Both the position numbers and the translations under genes were made by a program. Under the pieces are notes generated by a model, which did not search any database, had not been told where the DNA came from, and was given only the letters and a program-made list of their open reading frames with translations. A stretch of DNA of 64,000 nt from contig NC_045696.1 in assembly GCF_009834535.1 (NCBI RefSeq), positions 58,096,001 to 58,160,000 of the forward strand, read 5' to 3'. Shown piece after piece: positions 25,071 through 34,939 of this stretch. The number at the start of each line of letters is the position of its first letter. The stretch's first letter is position 1. This DNA is from Camelus ferus. Taxonomy: Eukaryota.

Positions 25071-27969
25071 CGCTTTCAGGGACAACCATATTCTCACCAG
25101 AGAGTGCTCTGTGGCTTACGCGGGATGAATCACAGCTGGTGTGACCCACTGTAACATTCTTTCAGTTCTAAGGCTGTAAAATATTCAAACTTTGAACATT
25201 TTGCTTCTAGAATTTAAAGGGCAGAGAAGAATAGAAGCACCAGTCCTTTGGGGGTGAGGATTTATCAGTTCGGCTTATCTTAAACCAGAGCCAATAGACC
25301 ACATGGTTGTGAATGTTCCCCAAATTGTCCTCATATTTGGGTAAAGTATGTCAAGCCACCCTTCCACAACTAAATATATGGACATTAGTGACACCTGAAT
25401 AGTGTTCTGACCGAAGAGCTTCAAAGAAATAAATATTTTTTCCTCTAACATAATATTAAAATTTTTTTAAGTATTTAATGATCTGATGGAAAAATCCCAG
25501 ATATCCCAGAGGTTATTTAATCGGAGACCCTAAAAACTAAAATTTGCTGAGAAAGCACCGGAACCAGTGATTGGAATACACTAAATGCTCAAACATTTGC
25601 TAAATGAACGAAAAGTGCTATAAAGCGCAGGCAGAACAGATCAGGAGGATGCTCACCACAACAGGAAATTAACATGTTTACAGAATTTCAGGCCAGCAGT
25701 GGAATAAAACAATCAGCTGGTTGTAAGATAAAACTAATTTGGTTTCTGATAGTTTAATCAACAATGAACTGGGCTATTAAATTAAGAAATTTAAGTGTTA
25801 GAATTTCCTTTAAAGAAAATGCAATCTACATTGTATTAATTAAATAGCCTAGGAGTGCACCCAATCATTCCATGCCAGGGATATGTGCAAAGAGCTATAA
25901 AAGTTCTGAAGCAACCTCAAAAGCCTTTAAAGGATAAGTGTATTTAGGTCTGAACTTGCAGCAAGCAGCAATTTCTAATTAGATGACTTAGAAACTGCTG
26001 AAAAAACAGATCAGTGATCTAGGTGTTGCACAATAATCTTTTCTCCTTCTAAATGTAGTACGTTATTCAGACAATTTATTATAGCTTTGGCTACAACTAA
26101 TTCTTTGGAGATACTGAAACACCATCAAAAAGCAATTTGCCTTTTTCTCAGTTATTTTTTCTTTAATTAATGTAAAGTACAAGATAATTTGAAACTTTAC
26201 TTCTCTGAATTTACTAGCAATCTGGATTCAGTTAATTAATATCTGGCTTGGATCTGTATGTGATTTAGAATTCAAGACAAGAATAAGGAAAATTTAGCTA
26301 GTTTCCAGAACACTCTCCCAATATTGACAGAATACAACAAAGATCCTGAAATTGACATTAACTCACTTCTTCATGTCAGGTACAATTTTAATAACTATTA
26401 ATTTTAAATTTAATAGTTTTTTTCATTTTATTTAAAAATTTTCAGAAGGTGACATAAGAGTAAGCCACAAGTTACAATACAGTGATACAGTATGAACAAA
26501 ACAAATTGGGTCCGAGCATGGTGAGCTTATTTCTAAACGTATACATGTAGGCCTATGATGCCTTCATCAATCTGAGGACTCCTGTATATACACACAAGAA
26601 ATTTTATGGAGACTCATCTATCATCTGGAATGATAGGTATCAGGGTGAAAAATAATGAACATTTAGGCCATGTCAAAAAAACACTGATGGAATTCTGCAA
26701 GTACTACTTAGCAAAATGACTGTGTTCATAGTGAAGACGGAATGGTAACACTTATAGCAAAGATGATTTTTCATTTTATAGACACTATTTTAATATGTCA
26801 ATGCAAACTAAGACAACTCTCCTGAAAGTTAGTATAATGCTTAAATAAAATGATGAATTGTCATAAACTCTTTGAATTTCAAGATCTAGAAGGTGGTGCC
26901 AATGAAAAAAACACAAAGTGTTGAGGCTTATGACCGGACCTTGCCAATACCAGTGCATGGTGTGGTGGTGAACACCAGGCAGGTTCAGTCTGGGGACCAG
27001 CGACAGTTCCACACTGAACGTTTACCATCCTCTTCTTCCCATCTTCTTACCCTGATAACTCCTGCCCAGTTAACCCAGAAAATTGTCTTCTCCTCCTCAC
27101 ATTAATCCACTTATGAGCCAGAAAATGACTCATAAACAATGCTTCTAAGTTCCTAAACCTAAAGCAAGGAAACGTAAATCTGTATTTTAAGTCAAGTTAA
27201 TACTCGAAAGATTGATGTCTCAAAGACTAGCCCTAACTTTAAAATGCTCCAGAGTACCTCCAAAATGTCTAACAAAACGGTCCCACTTCTTCAGCCTCCA
27301 CTAAGTAAATCTGCCATAATTCAGAATAAACTGGTTATTTCACCTCACTTTTTATCAAAAATATTCAACAGTAGAGCCCATCATAATTACCCAAAGGCCA
27401 TAGTTTATCTTAAGAGTTCACTCTTGTGTTATGTTGTCTATGGATTTGAACGAAAGTATAAACAAATATATATCCATCACTATAATATCACACAAAGTAT
27501 TTTCACTGTCCCCCAAATTCTCTGTGCTTACTCCTGTTTGTTTTTAATAAATTCCAAGTTGTTACTTCAAACAAAAAATAGTAAGTGCCCAAAAATTAAC
27601 TTTTCTATGACTTTCATAATATTTATTACTACACTGAACATACCGAACCTTTCACATGCTTTTACTTAATATATGCATTTTTTCTTATCCTTTATTCACA
27701 TAAGCATCATCTAACTTAAATGAAAGTCCTTTTTGCCCATTTAACTTATTTTGTAATGGTAATAAGCAATCACCCCAAAGTGGTGTTTCTGGGGAGATGA
27801 CAGTTGAAAACAGGGTTGAAAGTTCCACAGATAGATTCAGAGAATCCTTTCATACTAAAATTTGACATCACCTGCAAAAATGTGTATACTTGCTATATTT
27901 TTCAGGGGAGCAAATCTTACTTTCATCAGATTTTTCCCCTCCTTAGGACTTCAAGATTAAGAATCACAA

Positions 27970-28545
27970 GTTTCCTCAAAAAGTTAAACGTGGAATTACC
28001 ATATAACACAAAAATTCCACTCTTAGATATACACCCAAGAGAAACTGAAAACATATGTTCATACAGAAACTTGGAAACAAATGTTCATAGCATAAATAGT
28101 ATTATTCGTAACGGCCCCAAAGTGGAAACAACCCAAATGCCCATCAACTGATGAATGGATACACAAAATGTGGTATATCCACACTACAGAATATTATTCA
28201 GCCACAGAAAATAAGGAAGTACTGATAACATGCCACAATCTAGATGAACCTTGAAAATACTATGCTATCTGAAAGAATCCAGACACAAAAGGCCACATAT
28301 TGTATGATTCCATTTCCATGAAATGTCCAGAATAGGCAAATCCATAGAGACAGAGTAGATTAGTGATTGCCAGGGGCTGGAGAGAGGGGTAAGTGGGGGT
28401 GTGACTGCTAATGGGCACCAGGTTTCTTTCTGCTGTGATGAAAATATTCTGGAATTACAGTCGTGATGGATGCACAACTTTGTGAATATACTAAAAACCA
28501 CTGATTGTACACTTTAAAAGGGTGAATTTATGGTATGTGAATAAA
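27970..28545 (+). mobile_element. L1MB-type 3' end
   Basis: Same motifs as 19545-20500 (AATGTCCAGAATAGGCAAATCCATA...GATTGCCAGGGGCTGG). Confidence 0.85.
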
Positions 28546-28889
28546 GAATAAAAACCTCCTCTTCCGCAGCTACCTGTTAGATATCTTCTTCTGCATCATC
28601 CTTCCAAACCTGAGCTCTATGCATTCACATTAAAACTCAACAACTACCTCCTTTCTTCAGGTTCCTAATTTACATGTAGTTTCTCAGGCTGGAAAATTTC
28701 AGAGATGTCGCCAATTTCTTCTCTCTCAGTTTCAACATCACTTGCCAGGCACTTTCTATTCACAATAAAAACAGTTAGCATTCTTAAATATGTAATTCCT
28801 GCCAGACACTCTGCTAGATGCTCTTCAGGTATCTTTCATTTTCACAACAGGCATGCATCTTACAAAGGAGTTGCTGAGGCTTAGGGGGA

Positions 28890-29870
28890 CTAAGTACCTT
28901 GTCCTTCAGTCTTTCTCTGTCCAATCTATCTTCCACTCTTCAGCTACAGTGATCTTCCTAAAACCAACCCTGATTGTGTTACTCCCACACCTAAGGCTCT
29001 TCAAAGGCTCCACACTGTTACAAAGTCCAGACTCCTTCATCTGGTACAAGGTGCCCTTCTGGGGCACCTCATTCCTCATACCAGCTTCTTTCTGTTCCTG
29101 GACCATGCCATGCTCTTTCTCCTCTTGCCTCTAGACCTGGCATGGGGTTCCCTTATTCATTCACTCAACAAGTAAGTATTCAGTGCCCACTATGAACCTG
29201 GCGTTGAATTTGCTGCTTGGGCAAATGTGGTGAATAAAACAGATCCTACCCTCAAGGTACTTAAGGTCTAAAAGAAGAAACGATAATAAACAAGTAATTA
29301 CAGACTGTGATAAGTGAAATGAAGGAAGTTGGATGCTGTATTATAGAACATGTAGGGTTAGGGGTCAGGGGCAAACTACAATGACTGTTTTAGATAGGTT
29401 AATCTGGTAAGGTCTCATACATACTTACACCACCATACATAAGATGGTGGTGACATACTTTAAAACCTGAAGATTAACAAGCCAGCTATAGGAAAAGCAG
29501 GTAAGGGCAGAGGGGGCAATGAATGACAAGAGATGCTCCTGGAAACATCAGTAGAGCCCAGCCTAAGGATTTTTGTAGGCCATGGTTAGGAGTTTGGATT
29601 TTAATCTAAGTTCTTAGTGCAGTGGATTTCACTGAGGAATTTTAAGTAAGAAAATGTCACTTTTTGCCACTGAATGGACAAGGGAGTGGAGGGACACAGA
29701 GAGGAAATTAGGACACACAGCCTAAAGATATAGTAGTGGTTTAGGAGACAAATGTGGATGATTTGGATAAAGGTGTGACAGTGAAGGAGGAAAAAAGTAG
29801 ACAGACTAGATGCAGAGTTTGACATGACTTGCAAAGTCATTAGCTGAAAGTGAGGAAGAGATGAAGAGAG
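28890..29870. mobile_element. L2 fragments in both orientations
   Basis: Sense CCAATCTATCTTCCAC...AGTGATCTT; antisense ATTCATTCACTCAACAAGTA...GGAGTTTGGATTTTAATCTAAG. Confidence 0.55.
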
Positions 29871-31037
29871 GATACAGAGTTTAAGGAATGGTCACTGGAG
29901 AAAGAAGGCAGGCTTACTACAGAAACAGAGGATCAGAAGGATCTCAGGCCCATACTGAGTAAATACTCAAGAGGCCGACCATTTTCATTTTATAATGTCA
30001 TCAACTTTCCCAGGACTTTTTCCAGCAAAGTTCAGCCACATAATTACAGGTGCAGAGGGCAAAATGTTGGGCTCATCGAGAATATGGATTTTGCCAGAAG
30101 AATAAAAGACAAGCAGGGACAAGAGAATAGTGTATTTTCAAGGGAGAGGTAATAAAAACAAACTATGACATGCACTCTAAACTGGATAAGGGTGTACAGA
30201 TGGACAGAAAATGGATGAACTGGAGGTACAGATGAAGTTCAGGAATAGTCTCTTTGGGGTACATAAGCAAGGGAGTTATAAAGGCAGGATTCTGCGGTCA
30301 GATAGTAAGAAGTTGTAATTTGCTTCTTGTGCTTGGAATGGTCATTGCCCCCTCTAGGCAAACATGACTATTTGATCTCCAACCACATCCATCCTGTGCT
30401 TTTCTGCTCCCTGACTTCCCACGAGTCCCCAGCATTGCCACATAAGTTAGTCACTATCTCATCCAATCATAAAGGCCCACCTTAAACCATTTCTTCCATG
30501 AAGCATTTATGTTTTCCCCACTCGGACCTCTCCTGCTGACAACCCTCACTCAGTGTGCACTACTAACAGTATTCATGTTACCACCCATTAGTTATTCTTT
30601 TTCCTTTCTAGGACTCTTTTACTCAACTGGGAAAAGGCACTGTTATATACAGTCAAAGGTGTCTGGATTCCGTGGCAGTACCCAGAACAGCGCCAGGCAC
30701 GGAGCAATCATTCAATAAATGCTAACAGAGATCTCAAGCTCACCGACCTCTAAATGTCAACCGTTCTCTAAAGCAGGATTCCACTGAAGTCATAATTCTG
30801 TTCACAAAAGTCCCAGAGATCTGCATTTACCTCAAGGGTGGGATGGAGGGATACCAGACCTGCACGATGATCGAAAATCTGGATGCCACAATTTGAAAAA
30901 AGCCACGTTCACCAGAAAACAAATAATTGTTCTCACAGCTCACTGCAGGGCCAGCAAGACAAATGGCCACATGAGAGGTGCCAAAAGTCAGCAGGCACGG
31001 GGTTGTACTCATGGTCTGACTTCTGCCTAACACCTAC

Positions 31038-31101
31038 CTTCCACCTCTCCAGCTCCAGACGCAGGGCCCGCATCAGTGATCGCCCCGGCGTCCGCTGCCA
31101 T
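31038..31101 (-). CDS. HSPBAP1: HSPBAP1 coding exon 1 (64 nt; MAADAGAITDAGPASGAGEVE-G)
   Basis: Minus-strand GCAAGCC-ATG-G (strong Kozak) in a CpG-rich block; donor GAAG|GTAGGT. Its phase-1 end joins exon 2 in frame (G+GT=Gly). Not in the ORF track; read manually. Confidence 0.88.
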
Positions 31102-31228
31102 GGCTTGCAGTACGCGGGCTCCACCCGAACCCAAAAACGAAGTGGAGCGGGAGCCTGGTCCGAGAAATGCCAAATCCGGGCTCTGAAACCGCAGCACAGG
31201 AAGGAGTCGCAGCGGTTGCTACCCGGCT

Positions 31229-31238
31229 CTTCCGGAAG
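31229..31238. promoter_or_regulatory. Palindromic ETS/GABP-type site CTTCCGGAAG
   Basis: CCGGAAG on both strands, about 130 bp upstream of the HSPBAP1 ATG. Confidence 0.6.
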
Positions 31239-31254
31239 CGCGGCGCGCGTGAAA

Positions 31255-31264
31255 GTCACGTGAC
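31255..31264. promoter_or_regulatory. CLEAR/E-box palindrome GTCACGTGAC (TFEB/TFE3/MITF/USF)
   Basis: Exact 10-bp consensus match; a second CACGTG lies at 31322-31327. Confidence 0.7.
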
Positions 31265-31270
31265 GGGCAC

Positions 31271-31280
31271 GGGGCGGGGC
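31271..31280 (+). promoter_or_regulatory. GC box (SP/KLF) GGGGCGGGGC
   Basis: Exact consensus 6 bp from the CLEAR element. Confidence 0.65.
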
Positions 31281-32223
31281 CACGCAGGCTTGTTTTGATT
31301 CTCCGGTGGTTGAAACGTAAGCACGTGGTCTCGGTTGTGGCGCTTTTTACCTTCTCCAGAACGTAGGCTTTCAGTGTAGTCTTGGCTTCGTTTCTACTTT
31401 TTTTTTTCTGGTCAAGTCCTTCCTTTTCGCCTTGGCGCATTCCTGCGCACAACAATATTGAAGTTTTAGGGGATGGTTTGCTTTTTTGTGGGGCTCAGGG
31501 CAGTGGAAACTGGCTCTGCGTTTGCTTACCGTGTAGCCGCTCTTACCAGCCTTGGATACCAGGAGCGCTTACGCTTCTCTTCCTCTTCTCTTCCCCTCTG
31601 GCAGCAACATGACTCCATCTGGTTTTCCTGGCTGCGGGGGAATGTGAACCTCAGGCAGATGTACTTTAATTGCGTTCCCTTTGACTCATTTCCCGACCCA
31701 AACAAGCCAAATCGCTTGACTTAGGTTTTCAAGGACACTAACTGACAGCTGTCAGGCTTTTGGATTGTGTATCAAAATAAACAACCGGCTGCTTGATCAA
31801 GAGATCGGCAACTTCCATCCTCCTCGTTTACTCTTCGTCTGGTCAAAATCATAATAACTGGAGCTGGATCTAGGTCATTTGGGGGCAGAAATGTTTCAGC
31901 TTTAATCAGCATATCTTTATTTCTCTCCTATTAATGTCAAGCAAAAGAGTTCTATATCATGTGTATATACATGAATGAATGAAACTGACTCGTTTATAAT
32001 TTCCTTATTGGGTATGTAAAGCACACACACAAAAAAACAGCTGATTAAACCAGGCAGTACTTACCGCACACACACAAAAACAAATGACTTTCATGCAGCG
32101 ATCCTATGGGTCCCTCAATCTCCCCCTCTAATTTCGGAAGTTATAGACCCAGCAGAAATGAGAATAAACCTAATACAGAAGCAAGCATTCGCTTAAGTGA
32201 CCGGAGATCTCGGAGTTATTAGG

Positions 32224-32235
32224 CACATGACGTCA
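32224..32235. promoter_or_regulatory. Overlapping M-box-type E-box (CACATGAC) and full CRE (TGACGTCA)
   Basis: CACATGACGTCA at the 5' edge of the SLC49A4 CpG island. Confidence 0.55.
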
Positions 32236-32645
32236 ACTTGGACACTTCCTCCAGCAGTCCCAGGTTCATCGCCCAACCTCCTCTATTACAGCCTCTCTGG
32301 GAGTTTCCTTTTCCCAGCTCAGCCGCGCTCCTCCCACCCTTTCCAGTACCTCCCGGTCCCGGCTCTAGGACGCCGGCCTCACGCTCTCCCAAGGCTCGGT
32401 TTCCTCTCCACGGTACCCGGCGTGGAGGGGGCAGCCGTCCGGCACTCCAGCTGCATCCAGCAGGTCGCACCTGCCCCGCCTCCTCGCCCGGGCCGGCTTG
32501 CGCGGCGCAGGCGTACCGACGCGGCCGGGAGGCGGAGAGGACCAAAGCAACCTCGGCCTCCGCCTCCTTCAGCCGTATTCGCGCGGGGCTGGTCGGCGGA
32601 CACCCGGACGGCTCCGGGCAGGGGCCCCGCGGGCTGCGCGTCGTA

Positions 32646-32997
32646 ATGGGCTCCGGCTGGAGTAGCGAGGAGGAGCGGCAGCCGCTGCTGGGGCCTGGAC
32701 TCGGGCCTGCGCCGGGGACCGCTTGGAGAAGCCGGGAGGCGGCGGCGGCGGCGGCGGCGGCGCTGCCGGCCGCCGCCGGGAGTCCCGGGCGAGTGTACGG
32801 GCGCCGCTGGCTGGTGCTCCTGCTCTTTTCCCTGCTGGGGTTCGCGCAGGGCCTGGTCTGGAACACCTGGGGCCCCATCCAGAACTCGGCGCGCCAGGCC
32901 TACGGCTTCTCTAGCTGGGACATCGCGCTCCTCGTGCTGTGGGGGCCCATCGGCTTCCTGCCCTGCTTCGCGTTCATGTGGCTCCTGGACAAGAGAG
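32646..32997 (+). CDS. SLC49A4: SLC49A4 (DIRC2) coding exon 1 (352 nt), lysosomal MFS transporter N-terminus with dileucine motif ERQPLL (32673-32690) and first TM helices
   Basis: [18 protein letters not shown]...[69 protein letters not shown] recognised. ATG context GTAATGG; donor GAG|GTGAGC. Confidence 0.96.
32739..32762 (+). repeat. (GCG)8 coding trinucleotide repeat, polyalanine
   Basis: Eight uninterrupted GCG codons between GAG and CTG. Confidence 0.95.
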
Positions 32998-33769
32998 GTG
33001 AGCGGGTCTCGGGAGCGCCGGCCGTCTCTGTCACTCCTGGGGGAGCCAACTCCCTCGGCTTCGTCTTAGGGGTTGTGTGATGTGACCGAGTGTTGCTGGC
33101 ATCCCATTCCTGACTAGGAGCCCTCCGTCTCCAAGACAAATATGGGAAGGCTTCTTTACAGATAGTGTTCTTATCGAGGCCTATTATGCAACAGCAGGGA
33201 TTAAGCTACCTCTAAATGTTCAAGTTTTTGCGTAATTGGACATCAGAGCATCCCCGTGCACGTGCTATGTGTGTTTTTTACACCTGACAAAAATGACTGA
33301 TGCTTTGACTTAAAAGGGATTGAGGGATGTTGAGGGTGAAAGGTCAGAAAATAGACTGAGGATGCCCAGATACAAGGAAGTAATGAGTTGGCTTTGCGTA
33401 ATAGATGACTCCAACCCAGGAAGAACTGTTGAGAAACTCGGATCTGAAGCTTTGGTTTCTGGAAAATGGTGCACAGCAGCTTTAAGCTTTAAACTATGTG
33501 GATGTGACCAGGTGGCTGTGTCAGTTGAGATTTTTAACTCTCAGATAAAGCTTGCAGATGAATGAAGGCTCTTACTCTGGACAGACATCTCCCTTTATCA
33601 CTTGCCAGTATGATTCTGTGAGGAGGAAAGAAGGTCATAGGCTTGAATGATAAGGCATTGAATGGTACCACACAAGTGTGGGTAAATGATTCATGATCAA
33701 TGTGTTTAGCTACTAAAAAGGACAATTTTAGGCATAGAAGTGTAGTATCTAAAACAAGAAGAGAAATAG

Positions 33770-34200
33770 TTTGACATGCTCTACTCGTGTTCAGTTCTGA
33801 GCATTAATTTTAAGAAGGCCTTTGGCAAACTGGGGTACTTTTAAAGTTGTGTGACAAGAATGTAAAGGATGTTAAAAAAAAATCATAATGTGCCAGATGA
33901 AAGGAATTGGGTGTGTCAAGCTTCAAAAAGAAACTTGAGGCAGAATATAAAATATGTGAAGATCAAGTAAATGAGGAATTAGACTTAATGTGTGTAGTTC
34001 TAGAAGGAAGAACTAAACTTTGTGAAGTTACAAAGGGCTGTAACTCAAAGCGATGCAAGGAAGAACCTTCTAACAATGAAAGTGTCCAGTCCTGGCAGGT
34101 GTGTCTTGACTGGCGTGGAACTTCTAGGTAGTGCAAGTACCAAGGCAGAGAGATACGTGCTAGATGCTGAGAAAAGGCTTCTTACACTGAATGGAGGTTT
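33770..34200 (+). mobile_element. Possible L3/CR1 remnant
   Basis: GTGTTCAGTTCTGAGCA...TTTTAAGAAGG...AAACTGG and ATGAAGGAATTGGG motifs; very diverged. Confidence 0.4.
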
Positions 34201-34376
34201 TCCTCGTTTGATTTTGTTTGTTTGTTTTTAAACTAAATTTAGACTTTATTTGCATTTCACCAGTTTTTCCACTAATATCTTTTTTCCTGATCCAAGATTC
34301 CAGTCAAGAGTCCCAGATTGCATTGTTATTTCTCGTTAATCTCTTCCAATTTGTGACGATTCCTCTATCATTCCTT

Positions 34377-34468
34377 ACAAGGTTGGCTAATTCAAGGGGA
34401 AGTGCTATTTTATTGTTTCTTTTTATTAACATTTTTCAGTAGTACTCCCTAAATTTAGCCAACCTTGT
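34377..34468. repeat. Inverted repeat with perfect 14-bp outer arms (MITE-like)
   Basis: ACAAGGTTGGCTAA (34377-34390) and TTAGCCAACCTTGT (34455-34468), with further imperfect pairing inward. Confidence 0.85.
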
Positions 34469-34939
34469 TTTTATGGTAGAAAAATGTTAATTTTTACCCT
34501 TTTCTATTAGAATTGTATCTACTCTCCTTGGCCAGATAAATTAGGGATTACTTATTCTCTTTATAAAATAAGTTACTTTATAAGTTCTTTCAGAGTTCCT
34601 CCACGGATGTGGTGAATTCAATTTTATATTTTCTGTTGGTTGGAGCAACAGAAAATAAATTTAAAATTCTCTCGTTTGGAAAATGGCTTCCTTTTCAGTA
34701 GGAGAAAGCCAGTACAGTTTTGTATGTTGGCTGTCCTGCTGCAGATGTCCTATGTGCATACTTAGAAGTAAATTCCTGGCATCTCTGGGTGCTAAAGTAT
34801 CTTTCTCACTAAGGGGTAGACAGCTGTCTGGTCTTCCTGCTGCCATGGGTCTCACCTAGCTTAGTAGAAGACCAGTTATCTTCCTGAAATTGGTTTTGTA
34901 CCCTCTCACTCCTTTTCATTTTCCAGCAAGGAGGTAGAA

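Larger units (their letters stand above)
31060..31570. promoter_or_regulatory. CpG-rich promoter/5'UTR block of HSPBAP1
   Basis: High CpG density against an AT-rich, CpG-poor background; surrounds the HSPBAP1 ATG; no TATA box seen. Confidence 0.8.
32300..33100. promoter_or_regulatory. CpG island covering the SLC49A4 promoter, 5'UTR and exon 1
   Basis: Very high GC and CpG content around the SLC49A4 ATG. Confidence 0.9.

Noticed and set aside
30883..31283. 126-aa (+) and 116-aa (-) ORFs over HSPBAP1 exon 1
   Set aside because: The frame that joins exon 2 starts at the Kozak ATG at 31101; these ORFs are other frames in GC-rich sequence.
32219..32878. 219-aa antisense ORF and other overlapping ORFs in the CpG island
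   Set aside because: Low-complexity Ala/Pro/Gly/Arg products expected from stop-poor GC-rich DNA opposite a real exon; no recognisable domain.
32998..33080. C-terminal tail of the 280-aa ORF
   Set aside because: Read-through past the exon 1 donor (GAG|GTGAGC) into intron.
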